A DNA stretch of 64,000 nt from an uncultured Acidobacteriota bacterium (GTDB taxonomy: Bacteria; Acidobacteriota; UBA6911), in the NCBI GenBank assembly GCA_963827655.1, contig CAWHCF010000026.1, positions 160,001 to 224,000 on the forward strand, written 5' to 3'. Made by a program: the position numbers and the translations under genes. Under the pieces are notes generated by a model, which searched no databases, was not told where the DNA came from, and saw only the letters and a list, made by a program, of their open reading frames with translations. Position 1 is the stretch's first letter. Each line of letters begins with the position of its first letter. Positions 10,158 through 20,761 of this stretch are shown here, piece after piece.

Positions 10158-10764
10158 CGCAAGAATCCCGCGCTTCAGCGTGACCGAGCGCATGACTCAT
10201 TGGGTTGTGGCGCTGGCTTTCCTTTACGCCGCGCTAACCGGACTCGCGCTCTGGTCCCCGCGGTTGTTCTGGTTGGCGGCGATCTTCGGCGGAGGCACGA
10301 CCGTGCGCGCCTGGCACCCGTGGGGAGGCGTGCTCTTTGTGCTTTTCTTCGCCGGCATGTTTCGGATCTGGCAGCGGCAGATGCGGCTCGACCGGGACGA
10401 CTGGCGCTGGCTGCGCCGCGCGCACCGTTATGCGGCGCACGATGAATCGGGGCTCCCGGAGTCAGGCCGCTTCAATGGCGGACAGAAGGCCCTGTTCTGG
10501 ATCCAGGGAATGAGCGGCATGGTCCTGCTTTTGACCGGCCTCGTGCTCTGGTGGCCGGAAATCACGCCGCGCCCGCTGCGGGAAATCTCCATCCTGTTGC
10601 ACCCGATCGCCGCCGTGATCTCGATCGGGGGGCTCATCATTCACATCTACATGGGGACGGCGGCTATTCCCGGGGCTTTCCGCGGCATGGTCCAGGGCTG
10701 GGTCAGGCCGTCGTGGGCCGCTTCCCACCATGCCAAATGGTATCGCCAGGTACGTCGCGGCTGA
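10144..10764 (+). CDS. fdnI: Formate dehydrogenase cytochrome b (gamma) subunit
   Basis: RFSVTERMTHW, GRFNGGQK, HIYM, WAASHHAKWY; four TM helices. Confidence 0.93.
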   Translation: MMPSDARIPRFSVTERMTHWVVALAFLYAALTGLALWSPRLFWLAAIFGGGTTVRAWHPWGGVLFVLFFAGMFRIWQRQMRLDRDDWRWLRRAHRYAAHDESGLPESGRFNGGQKALFWIQGMSGMVLLLTGLVLWWPEITPRPLREISILLHPIAAVISIGGLIIHIYMGTAAIPGAFRGMVQGWVRPSWAASHHAKWYRQVRRG

Positions 10765-10766
10765 CA

Positions 10767-11459
10767 ATGTGGGAACTTCGAGCCGCCCGCGCGCGCTTGC
10801 TGGCCGACCGCTATCCTGCCACACGCGAAATTCTCCTCTTCTATTCCGGCCTGGCCGAGTGGCAAGGAGTGGTTTCGGGTCAGTCGAGTACTCTTGCGGA
10901 ACTTGAGCAGTTTTTGCCTTCGCTGGTGGACCTCGTAGCCCGGACCGGACCGGCGCTGCTCGCCGGTGCGGCGCACGAGCTCGAACCGGGCCAGGGACGC
11001 GCTCTGGTCGAAGAATACTGGGATCGGCGAGCGCCCGCCTCCCCGCTCGATTTTTTCGCCCGGGCGCTCCTGCAGCCTTATGCGGCCGGTCTGCCCGCCG
11101 GCCATGAGTGCCCCTGGTGCCGGCAGCCTCCGCAGGCCGGCTGCCTGCGTCCCGAGGGCGAAGGACTTGCGCTTGATGTTGTGTGTTCCCTCTGCCTGCG
11201 CCGCCGCCCGTTTCCGCGCGGCCGTTGCCCCGGCTGCGGCGAGTCGGCCGAAGTCAAGCTTCCCAGCTTCTCCGCCCCGGAGTTCTCGCACCTGCGCCTT
11301 CAGGCGTGCGACACATGCGGAGCCTACCTTCCGCTGGTCGATCTGGCTCGCGATCCGCTTGCCATTCCCGAAGTCGATGAGCTGGCCGGCCTTCCCCTGG
11401 ACCTTTGGGCGGCGGAGCAGGGTTATCGAAAGCTCCAGCCCAACCTGGCCGGGATCTAA
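10767..11459 (+). CDS. fdhE: Formate dehydrogenase accessory protein FdhE
   Basis: CPWC, CSLC, CPGCGE, CDTC pairs and DELAGLPLDLWAAEQGY; last gene of the fdn operon. Confidence 0.9.
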   Translation: MWELRAARARLLADRYPATREILLFYSGLAEWQGVVSGQSSTLAELEQFLPSLVDLVARTGPALLAGAAHELEPGQGRALVEEYWDRRAPASPLDFFARALLQPYAAGLPAGHECPWCRQPPQAGCLRPEGEGLALDVVCSLCLRRRPFPRGRCPGCGESAEVKLPSFSAPEFSHLRLQACDTCGAYLPLVDLARDPLAIPEVDELAGLPLDLWAAEQGYRKLQPNLAGI

Positions 11460-11476
11460 TCATTAATCATTCATCA

Positions 11477-13189
11477 CTAAGACGCCAAGACGCGAAGAGA
11501 CTTCAGCTTATCCGAGATGATGGACGGAACGGACGAGATGTCGACGAGGTCCGTCTTTTTGGTCGCGCGGTCGAATAGCTCGACCTTGCCTTGCTTCAGT
11601 TTTTCCGCGCCCAACACGACACGATATGGGATTCCGATCAGGTCGGCATCTTTAAACTTCACCCCGGGCCGCTCGGCGCGATCGTCGAGCAAGACATCGA
11701 TTCCTGCTTCCTGGAGGCTGAGGTAGAGCTGGTCGGCGGCGGCCTTGATCTCGTTTTTGTAGTTGATGGGCGTCAGGATCACCGAGAAAGGAGCGATGGA
11801 CAGCGGCCAGATGATCCCGTCGTCGTCATGGTACAGTTCGACGGCGGACGACATGATTCGCTCCAGTCCTATGCCGTAGCTCCCCATTACGATGGGGGTC
11901 TGCTTGCCGTCGGCCGTGAGGACCATCGCTCCCATGCTCTCCGAGTATTTTGTCCCCAGCTTGAAGATATGGCCCACCTCGACCGCCTTGAAGACCTCGA
12001 GGGGCTTCCCGCAATTCACGCAAGCCTCTCCCTTTTCGACCGAGCGAAGATCGACCCACTCGGGTTTGAAATGCACGTCGGGGGTCACGCCTTGGAGGTG
12101 ATAGTCGTCTTTGTTGGCGCCGCAGGTGAGGTTCTGCCGGCCGCGAAGCTCGAGGTCGGCGTAGATCGGGATCTGGCTGACGCCGACCGGCCCCAGGCTG
12201 CCGGCCGCTGCGCCGAAGACCTGGCGAATCTCGTCAGGATGCGCCGGGCGCACCTGCATGCTTTTCAGGGTTGCCATGACCTTGGCTTCGTTCAACTGGT
12301 GATCACCCCGAACCAGAAAAAGTTGCGGTTTGTCGTTGACGATATAGACCAGCGATTTGATCTGGTGCGTCGGAGGGACCTTCAGGAACTCTGCGATCTC
12401 GGCAATGGTTTTTTGACTTGGGGTGTGTACCTCGCGCGGCTCTCCACCGCCGGCCTGGTCGGAAATCTTCGGCAGCCTGGAAACGGCGCGCTCCAGGTTC
12501 GCGGCATAACCGCACTCGCAGGTGACGACGAAATCTTCACCGGCCTCCATCCGTACCATGAATTCCTGCGACTGGCTTCCCCCCATCGCGCCCGAGCTGG
12601 CTTCGACCGCGACGAACTTCAGCCGGCAGCGTGTAAAGATCCGGCAATAGAGATCGTGGTGAATCTGATAACTGCGGTCCAGGCCTTCCCCGTCCACGTC
12701 AAAAGAGTATGAATCCTTCATGATGAACTGGCGCAGGCGCATCAGCCCCGATTTCGGGCGGGGCTCGTCACGAAACTTGGTCTGGATCTGGTACCAGATC
12801 TGGGGCAGGTCCTTATAAGAACGGACTTCTTTGCGCGCGATTTCGGTGAACACTTCTTCATGAGTCATCCCAAGACAGAGGTCGCGCCCGGAGCGGTCCT
12901 TCAGCCGGAACATGTCGTCACCGATATCGTTCCAGCGGCCGGTCTCTTGCCAGAGATCGGCCGGATGCAGCGCCGGCAGCAGAAACTCCTGGCCGCCGAC
13001 CGCGTCGAGCTCTTCGCGGATAATCTTCGCGATCTTGAGCAGTGTGCGCTGAGCCAGGGGAAGATGAGAATAGATGCCGGCTGCGAGTTGCCGAATGAAG
13101 CCGCCCCGTATCAGCAATTGATGCGAGGGAAACTCTGCATCCGAGGGATTCTCGCGCAGGGTTGGAATGAAGGTCTTAGACCATCGCAT
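11477..13189 (-). CDS. proS: Proline--tRNA ligase
   Basis: MRWSKTFIPTLRE, QIQTKFRDEPRP, EVGHIFKLGTKYS, MGSYGIG, GVKFKDADLIGIP; GAGGAG RBS. Confidence 0.97.
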   Translation of the reverse strand: MRWSKTFIPTLRENPSDAEFPSHQLLIRGGFIRQLAAGIYSHLPLAQRTLLKIAKIIREELDAVGGQEFLLPALHPADLWQETGRWNDIGDDMFRLKDRSGRDLCLGMTHEEVFTEIARKEVRSYKDLPQIWYQIQTKFRDEPRPKSGLMRLRQFIMKDSYSFDVDGEGLDRSYQIHHDLYCRIFTRCRLKFVAVEASSGAMGGSQSQEFMVRMEAGEDFVVTCECGYAANLERAVSRLPKISDQAGGGEPREVHTPSQKTIAEIAEFLKVPPTHQIKSLVYIVNDKPQLFLVRGDHQLNEAKVMATLKSMQVRPAHPDEIRQVFGAAAGSLGPVGVSQIPIYADLELRGRQNLTCGANKDDYHLQGVTPDVHFKPEWVDLRSVEKGEACVNCGKPLEVFKAVEVGHIFKLGTKYSESMGAMVLTADGKQTPIVMGSYGIGLERIMSSAVELYHDDDGIIWPLSIAPFSVILTPINYKNEIKAAADQLYLSLQEAGIDVLLDDRAERPGVKFKDADLIGIPYRVVLGAEKLKQGKVELFDRATKKTDLVDISSVPSIISDKLKSLRVLAS

Positions 13190-13352
13190 GGCGCTCCTCA
13201 ACGCGCGTCGGAATAAACGCGCAGCCGGATAATTCTAGGGGAGTGTCGCGAGTAGTCAAGATGTTCCCCGGAATACTTTGTGTTTCTTCGCGTCTTTGCG
13301 TCTTGGTGGTGGTCTTGACGGCTGCGTTGAGCGTGGCTAACATCCGTGGCGC

Positions 13353-14913
13353 ATGGACGCCCCCATCATCAGTATTCCTGATACATTCAACGCCGCCGCC
13401 GAGTTCGTGGACCGGCATGTCGCGGAAGGGCGGGGAGAGAGGATCGCGTTGCGCTGCCGGGAGCGCGCGGTCACGTATCAGCAGGTTGCCGAGATGGTGA
13501 ACCGGACCGGAAATGCGCTCGGCTCTCTGGGCGTTGAGATGGAGAATCGCGTCCTTCTCCTCCTGTACGATTCGCCCGAATTCGTGGCGAGTTTTTTCGG
13601 AGCCATCAAGATCGGAGCCGTTCCCGTCCCGGTCAACACCATGATGCGCCCGGCTGATTATGAGTATCTCCTGAACGACAGCCGGGCCAAGGCGCTCATA
13701 GTGCAGCGGGAGTTGTGGGACCAGGTGGCCGCGGTGCGCGCACCGGCTGAAGTATCTGAAGCACGTGGTGATCGCCGGCGCGCCCGAGCCCGGTCTTCAT
13801 TACTTTACGGACTGGATCGCCGGCGCGTCTCCTGAGCTGGAGCCGGCCGCGACCTGCAAGGATGACGCGGCATTCTGGCTCTACAGTTCGGGCAGTACCG
13901 GCTTTCCCAAGGGAGCCGTGCACCTCCAGCACGATATGGTCTACTGCGCCGACTTGTACGCCGGGCCGGTTCTCGGCATTCGACCGGATGATGTGGTTTT
14001 TTCGGCTGCCAAGCTGTTCTTCGCGTACGGGCTGGGCAATAGCCTTTACTTTCCATTCCGCGCCGGAGCCTCCGCAATCTTGTTTCCGGGGCGGCCGCAA
14101 CCACAGACGGTGTTCGAAATTATATCCCGCGAAAGACCGACACTTTTCTTCGGGGTCCCGACGTTGTACGCATCCATGCTGGCGATGTCAGAGGGCGAGA
14201 GGAGCTATGATCTCTCTTCTCTGCGCCTGTGCGTCTCGGCGGGGGAGCCGCTGCCGGCGGAACTCTACCGGCGTTGGAAAAACCGCTTCGGCATCGAGAT
14301 CCTGGACGGGATCGGAACTACCGAGGTCTTGCACATCTTCATTTCGAATCGTCCGGGCCAGGTGAGAGCCGGCAGTTCAGGAAAGGTGGTCCCAGGCTAC
14401 GATGTCAGAATCGTCACCGAACAGGGCGTGCCGGCAGGTCCGGGTGAGATTGGCAATCTGGCCGTGAAGGGCGACAGCACCTGCGCTTTCTACTGGAATC
14501 AGCACGAGAAGACCAAGCAGGCGATGCAGGGCGAATGGATCCTGACCGGCGACAAATACTACCGGGATGAGGAAGACTATTACTGGTACTGCGGGCGGTC
14601 AGACGACATGATGAAAGTCGGAGGAATCTGGGTCTCGCCCATCGAAGTCGAGAACACGTTGATCCAACACGCCGCGGTATTGGAGGCGGCGGTCGTGGGC
14701 CGGGACCTGGATGGTCTGACCAAGCCTGAAGCCTTCGTGGTTCTGAAGCCCGGTCATACGGCTGATCCCGGCCTGGAAGAGGAGTTGAAGCATTTCGTCA
14801 AAGACAAGATTGCGCCCTACAAGTACCCGCGCAAGATAACCTTTGTTCCGGATCTTCCCAAGACCGCCACGGGAAAGATCCAAAGGTTCAAGCTCCGCGC
14901 GATGGAGGATTGA
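13353..14913 (+). CDS. Benzoate-CoA ligase family protein (frameshift near 13740)
   Basis: FWLYSSGSTGFPKG, AKLFFAYGLGN, DGIGTTEVLHIF, LPKTATGKIQR; ORFs 13353..13835 and 13765..14913 join at AAVR/HRLKYLKHVV. Confidence 0.85.
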
Positions 14914-15373
14914 CCAGGCTGGAGGATCTATTCGGTACGGACGACGCGCGCAAGCACCGATGATACATGGAGGCTCGGCTCGTGACCGTGCACGACCGGT
15001 ACGCGTTTAACAAGGACATGGTCGTCTCGATCGAGCCGTTCATCGATATTGTCGGGCGCCAATTCAATCAGCCGAAGGAAGGGCTAGGGTTCGACGGAAG
15101 CCCGGTGGCGCACATGTGGCGGACGCTGATCTACCCCGACAATCCGTTGTAGGCGTTCACGATCCTGGTCGGCCTGTCCCGCCATTTAGGTCGTTCGTGA
15201 TTTTTGCTGCGTTATCTCTCAGGTCGCTCTCCGTCCAATCCCGTTGAATCCCAACGCCAATCGGACCGCCGGATGCGATCCAAACCCTGGAGACTATGAT
15301 GAGGGGGCAGCGGCCTCCCGCCGATTTCGACCAGCAATGCGTTGAATTCACTCAGGATCAACCAGGCAATACA

Positions 15374-16690
15374 TTAGCGGACCCGCTTCGGTTGCGACTG
15401 ATCCCATTCCGTGGCGCTGACCTTCCGGGCCTGCTGAAGAAAGACGAACGTGCCGTTCTTGTTGCCGATCACGAAGTCCAGCATGCCGTCGCCGTTCAGG
15501 TCGCCCGTCGCGAGCTGACGGCCCACTCCGGACTGGTCGTCGATCCGGTGCGGAACGTACTCCACGTTGCCGTCCCGTCGAGTCAGTCTGAAGTAGTAGA
15601 TCACCGGAGGTTGGCGAGACCCTGGATCGGCAAAATCGTGCGAGCGGTAGCACTTCCCCGTGAGAATATCCTTCAGTCCGTCTCCGTCCATGTCAACGAG
15701 GGCAACCGCGTGCAGCTCGGAGAATTGAACTCCGTAGGGATTGTCGAGATTCTCCTCGCCCTTGCTCATCAGCACGTGCTCCTTGAAGCTGATGCCGCCG
15801 TCGGTCGCCCGGATCTGCTCGAACCAGCTCAGCCCCCAGGCATGGGCATTCAGGCTCGTGATAACGTCATTGCGGCCGTCCCCGTTGACGTCATAGGTGA
15901 ACATCTGCGCGCCGCCGCGCTCGGTGAACTGGAACGCGTGGAACTTCCACTCCGGATCGCCGGCGAGAGACGGCGGCTGGCGCCACCAACCGTCCTTCGA
16001 CAGGAAGTCCGCGCGGCCGTCCGCGTCGACATCGCCATAACCGAGGCCATGCGTGTAGTGATGCGGGAGCGTCTTTTCTGCGGAAATCGCGTGGAACGTC
16101 CAAGGCTTCGCAGGATCCGTCGGGTGCGGCGTGGCGTAGCCCAGGCGGTCTCGATAACCCATAATCAACTCGGGGCGCCCGTCGCCCGTGATATCGCCGA
16201 AGTCCGGGGATTCGTTGTTGACCTGGTCAATCACGTCGTGGCGCTTCCAGTGGACCGGAGGGCCGGGCGGTCCGCTGAACCGAAGCTTCGGGTTCTCGTA
16301 CCAGTACGCCGCTGTGCTCGGCAGTCCGATGGTCAGGATGTCGGCCCACCCGTCCGCGTTGAAGTCGTAGACGAACGAAAAGAAGTTGTCGAGAGCGTAA
16401 ATCTGCATGTCATTCGGCCCGCGCTTGGTCGGGGCCACGGCCGGGTAGAACTCGTGCCGGAACTTGTAGTCCGGTCCAAGATAGACGTGAGGGCCACAGA
16501 CCACATCTACAGTCCCGTCGCGGTTGAAGTCGGCGAAGTTCGCCCCCTCCGACCAGTAGATCGGAGTCAGGTGAAACTTCCTGAATTCGCGCAGCACGTG
16601 CTCGCTCTCGTTGCTTGCAGCAACGCCAAGCGACAGGCCAAAAAGCGCTCCCAGTACGCGAAGCCGAGTTGGGCGGATCATGGCGCGCAT
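15374..16690 (-). CDS. Secreted FG-GAP/VCBS repeat beta-propeller protein
   Basis: Signal peptide; repeated DxxxDGxxD motifs (DFNRDGTVD, DFNADGWAD, DITGDGRPE, DVDADGRAD, DVNGDGRND, DMDGDGLKD, DLNGDGMLD). Confidence 0.85.
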   Translation of the reverse strand: MRAMIRPTRLRVLGALFGLSLGVAASNESEHVLREFRKFHLTPIYWSEGANFADFNRDGTVDVVCGPHVYLGPDYKFRHEFYPAVAPTKRGPNDMQIYALDNFFSFVYDFNADGWADILTIGLPSTAAYWYENPKLRFSGPPGPPVHWKRHDVIDQVNNESPDFGDITGDGRPELIMGYRDRLGYATPHPTDPAKPWTFHAISAEKTLPHHYTHGLGYGDVDADGRADFLSKDGWWRQPPSLAGDPEWKFHAFQFTERGGAQMFTYDVNGDGRNDVITSLNAHAWGLSWFEQIRATDGGISFKEHVLMSKGEENLDNPYGVQFSELHAVALVDMDGDGLKDILTGKCYRSHDFADPGSRQPPVIYYFRLTRRDGNVEYVPHRIDDQSGVGRQLATGDLNGDGMLDFVIGNKNGTFVFLQQARKVSATEWDQSQPKRVR

Positions 16691-16919
16691 TCTACCCCCA
16701 CTCGTTCCAAGCAGGCATGAAATCTGATTGTGGAGATTGCCGTCGTCCGGTCGGGGCCGAGTCGACGCCGCTCGACCTCACGAGGACGATGGCGCATGAC
16801 TGTAACCGAACGGGTCATCCGGGATGCAATCGGTAACGACCGTGGCATCGAACCACCAACCTTGCGGCAACAAAAGTTCTAGCGAAAGCAATTTTGGAGG
16901 AACGCTGGCGAGCGAGGGT

Positions 16920-17939
16920 TTAGCCGACCTTGGGCAGCGCCCGAATTGTGAGAGTCAACGCCTGTCTGGGATTTTCGATCAGCAGCTTGCGAATTTGCTC
17001 GTCCGTCACTCCCGTCTTCTTGAGGGCCGGAATGAAGTGGGTGAAAAGGAGTTCGTAATTGCGAAAGGTTCCCCCGCCCGGTTCGCCCACGTGGTACCAG
17101 CCGGAGTCCTGCGAGATCAGGATTCGGTTAATAAATCCGCGATCGATCATCGCCTTGACGAATTGCACATGCCGGTCCAGGGATTTCTCGTTTATTCCGT
17201 CGAACTCAACCCAGGCTCCCTGCTCGGCCGCCTTGGCGTGGAGCGAAGTGTCGGATTCACTCTGGGCATGCACCCAGATGAAAGCCGAAGCTGCCACCCC
17301 TTCGCCCTTCAACAAAGCGAGTTCCTCCATCGCCGCGACGCCGTCACCGGTGTGAGAAGCGATGGTGAGGCCCGTTTGCAGGTGAGTCCTGGCGGCTGCC
17401 CGAACCAGCTTGGCATCGATGTCCGAGAGAGCCCCCTTGTCGACTCCCGTCTTGATGATTCCCGGCTTGATCCCGGTCTGCTCGATGCCGTTGGTAAACT
17501 CGGTCCTCCACCGGACGGCGAGCTGCTCCGCACTCTCCTGATAGGCATGCTGCGGGACAAACTTGTCGTTAGCCGCGCCGTAGTACCCGGTAGTCGTCAG
17601 GAGATGCAACCCGCTTGCCGCCGACAGCTCTTTTAACAGGACCGGATCGCGTCCTATGTACGCCGGCGTGCACTCGACCAGGGTATGGCAGCCGAGGCCG
17701 CGCACCTGCTTCAGGAACGGGAGGGCGGTACGAAACACTTCATCCCGGTTGTAACGTTCCCTGCTAACCTTGTCGGCGCCGACAAAATCCACCATCACGT
17801 GCTCATGCATTAAAGTCATGCCGAGTTTCTCCGCCGGGAGCGGACCTTGAACCGACTGGACCTGAGGGGCCTGAGACGGAAGAAACTTCGGCAGCAGGAG
17901 CGTTGCCGGCAGAGACTTCAGGAAATGGCGTCTGTTCAT
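16920..17939 (-). CDS. Phosphotriesterase family amidohydrolase, Tat-exported
   Basis: NRRHFL Tat motif; TLMHEH, GIIKTG, IASHTG, WVHA, LISQD metal ligands. Confidence 0.9.
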   Translation of the reverse strand: MNRRHFLKSLPATLLLPKFLPSQAPQVQSVQGPLPAEKLGMTLMHEHVMVDFVGADKVSRERYNRDEVFRTALPFLKQVRGLGCHTLVECTPAYIGRDPVLLKELSAASGLHLLTTTGYYGAANDKFVPQHAYQESAEQLAVRWRTEFTNGIEQTGIKPGIIKTGVDKGALSDIDAKLVRAAARTHLQTGLTIASHTGDGVAAMEELALLKGEGVAASAFIWVHAQSESDTSLHAKAAEQGAWVEFDGINEKSLDRHVQFVKAMIDRGFINRILISQDSGWYHVGEPGGGTFRNYELLFTHFIPALKKTGVTDEQIRKLLIENPRQALTLTIRALPKVG

Positions 17940-18028
17940 TTTGACTTTTCCGCTTCAATGTTATACTTCCCGCGCTTCGGGCGATCCACTCAAAAACGGA
18001 GCGGGACAAGCCTGGAGGCTGGGTTCGC

Positions 18029-18114
18029 GTCAGAAGCCAGGAGCCAGAATTTCTTCGACAATCTCTCAGCCGCTGACGAGCCATTCTGGATTCTGACTCC
18101 TGACTTCTGACTCC
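18029..18114. repeat. Inverted 7-bp-period repeat hairpin (TTCTGAC class)
   Basis: GTCAGAAGCCAGGAGCCAGAAT (18029-18050) versus ATTCTGACTCCTGACTTCTGAC (18090-18111), 20/22 complementary. Confidence 0.75.
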
Positions 18115-18161
18115 GGCTTTTGGCGGAACCAGATCCGGTCGGCATAACGCGGGGGGTCTCT

Positions 18162-19321
18162 ATGGGTCAAGTCAATGTGGGTTTGATCGGATACAAGTTC
18201 ATGGGCAAGGCCCATTCGAACGCTTACAAGTCCGTAGGAATGTTCTTTCCGCTGCAAAACCGTATCGTGATGAAGGCAATCTGCGGGCGCGACCCGGAGG
18301 GAGTCAAGAAGGCTGCGGAGAGCTGGGGGTGGGAATCCTACGAGACCGACTGGAAGAAACTCATCAAGCGTTCGGACATCGACGTGATCGATGTTTCCAC
18401 GCCGGGCAACCTGCACAAGGAGATGGCTGTTGCCGCAGCTCGTGCCGGCAAGCACGTCGTGTGCGAAAAGCCGCTCGCCAACTCGCTTTCAGAGGCTCGC
18501 GAAATGGTGAAGGCGGTCGATAAAGCCGGCGTGAAAAACATGGTCTTTTACAACTATCGCCGCGTTCCGGCGGTCAGTTTTGCCCGGCAGATGATTCGAG
18601 AAGGAAAGCTCGGGGATATTTACCATTTCCGCGCCGCTTACCTCCAGGATTGGATCGTCGATCCCGAATTCCCTCTGGTGTGGCGCCTGGACAAAAAGAC
18701 CGCCGGTAGTGGCGCGCTTGGCGACATTGGAGCGCATATCATCGATCTCTCCTTGTTCCTGGTCGGGGAGATCGCGGAAGTGGTGGGTGACATGAAGACA
18801 TTCGTCAAGAACGCCCTCTGCTGGAATCGGGCAGCGCTTTTTTTGCCACGAGAAAGTCGGGGCCGCCCAAGCTGGGAACCGTGACCGTCGACGATGCCGC
18901 CCTGTTCATCGCCCGTTTCAAGAACGGCGCCATGGGTTCTTTTGAAGCTACTCGCTTCGCCACGGGCCGCAAGAATGCCAACCAATTCGAAATCTACGGC
19001 AGCAAGGGATCTCTGGCCTTCAACCTCGAGTCGCTCAACGAACTCCATCACTACAGCAAGGGGGACGCGGCAACGGAGCAGGGCTTCAAGAAGATACTGA
19101 TAACAGAGGCCGGCCATCCCTACCTGAAGGCCTGGTGGCCCCCAGGACACATTATCGGCTACGAGCACACTTTCACCAACGCGCTCTCGGATTTCTTCCG
19201 CGCGCTGGAGAAGGACGAATCCATCTCTCCCGACTTTCGAGAGGGTGCCAGGGTCCAGGCAGTGCTGGAGGCGGTAGAAAGATCGGCCAAACGGGGCAAG
19301 TGGGTCAAGGTTGAACACTAG
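18162..19321 (+). CDS. Gfo/Idh/MocA family oxidoreductase (frameshift near 18809)
   Basis: [26 protein letters not shown]; adding one base gives FVKERPLLES...VTVDDA and joins the two ORFs. Confidence 0.88.
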
Positions 19322-19399
19322 AGGGAATCGAGCGTTTTCGAGCTCTCTCAGGTCAGTGAACAAACATCGACCGCCAAGATGCAAAGAAACTGGTGATTC

Positions 19400-19762
19400 A
19401 TGCCGAAACCCGAGCTCGAGTTTCATGTGCCCGACGACAGCGGCTGGGAGCAATTAAATGATCGACGCCCCGGGATCTTCCAGAAAAATCTCACGAAGGA
19501 TGAAGAGGTCGGAAACGTCACCCGCCTGCTGAAATTCGAGAAGGGGGCCGACTTCCGCTACGCCGGCGTTCTCACCCACGAGTTCTGGGAAGAAGTCTGG
19601 ATCCTGGAAGGATCGCTCACAGACGTGACGCTCTCCCGGACATTTTCCGCGGGGAGCTACTGCTGCCGGCCTCCTGGAATGAAGCACGGACCCTACGTGT
19701 CCGAGACCGGCGCCTTGTTATTCGAGGTGCGCTACTACCTTCCCGGCCAGAAGAGGACTTGA
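19400..19762 (+). CDS. Cupin domain protein (ChrR-like)
   Basis: HEFWEEVWILEG and YCCRPPGMKHGP cupin motifs. Confidence 0.8.
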   Translation: MPKPELEFHVPDDSGWEQLNDRRPGIFQKNLTKDEEVGNVTRLLKFEKGADFRYAGVLTHEFWEEVWILEGSLTDVTLSRTFSAGSYCCRPPGMKHGPYVSETGALLFEVRYYLPGQKRT

Positions 19763-20694
19763 TGCGAAGGATGTCCGCCTGGTATGTGACGATCCTCCTT
19801 GCCGCGTCCGTTTTGCCGGCTCAGGAATCGATCACCTGGCCGTCGGTTTCCGAACAGGTTTCGCCCCTGGAGGAAATCAGCCTAAAGGCCGCGGAAGGCC
19901 ATACCGTGGTCGCTGTGGCGCGAAAGCCCCCGGGCAAGGGACCTTTCCCGGCCATCATCTATTTGCACGGCGGACTGGCGACAACCCCCATGGAGCGCCT
20001 GAAGGACCTGGCGCTGCGCCGGCCTAATCCTTCTCGGTACCTGGCGGCCGGCTACGTGATCGTGATCCCGACGTTCCGCAGCCGTCAGCAGGATCCGCAG
20101 ACCCGGGACGCCCTGGCGGACTGCCTGACTGTTGTCGACCACGTCAAGAAGATGCCCGACGTGGATCCGAACAGCGTGGTGGTCTATGGGTGCAGCGGCG
20201 GGGGGAGTCTCGCCCTGGAGCTGGCTGGGGAGGTCCGGCTCAGCGCCATTGCTGCGGAAGAGCCGGCAACCGTTCTATACACCGGGATGTTCACCCGCAA
20301 CACCCCCAGGCGGGGCACGGTGGCTCAGGCCAGCGATGCGGAGTCTATCATGGAGGATCCGAAGCGGTTCTACACTGAAGAGGCGCAGAAGTTCACCCGC
20401 GAGAAGATCCGCAAGATCGCGTGCCCCATTCTGATCGTCCAGGGGGACCAGCACATAATCAACAAGATCAACAACGAGCTTTTCATTCCGGAACTGAAGA
20501 CGCAGGGAAAGAAGATCGAAGTCATCACCTATGCCGGCGAGCGGCACTGTTTCGGCTTCGCAGGAGATGGCAGCCCTCAGGCGGCGAGCCGGCTCTTTTC
20601 CGACTGTCAGGCTTTTTTTCTGAAGCATCTGCCGCGCCGGCCAAGGCCAATCGCTGAGTCGCTGATCCGGTGGGCGCCGGTGCAGACCCAGTAG
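19759..20694 (+). CDS. Secreted alpha/beta hydrolase (peptidase S9/dienelactone hydrolase-like)
   Basis: Signal peptide; YLHGG, GCSGGG nucleophile elbow, LIVQGDQ, ERHCFG. Confidence 0.75.
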   Translation: MMRRMSAWYVTILLAASVLPAQESITWPSVSEQVSPLEEISLKAAEGHTVVAVARKPPGKGPFPAIIYLHGGLATTPMERLKDLALRRPNPSRYLAAGYVIVIPTFRSRQQDPQTRDALADCLTVVDHVKKMPDVDPNSVVVYGCSGGGSLALELAGEVRLSAIAAEEPATVLYTGMFTRNTPRRGTVAQASDAESIMEDPKRFYTEEAQKFTREKIRKIACPILIVQGDQHIINKINNELFIPELKTQGKKIEVITYAGERHCFGFAGDGSPQAASRLFSDCQAFFLKHLPRRPRPIAESLIRWAPVQTQ

Positions 20695-20761
20695 CCGCCA
20701 CAGGTGGTTCTAACCGCTAAGACACGAAGTCGCCAAGGAACACAAAGGCGGCCTCCCCTCG

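Noticed and set aside
14967-15351. Short ORFs between the CoA ligase and FG-GAP genes
   Set aside because: No recognisable motif; possibly gene remnants but unsupported
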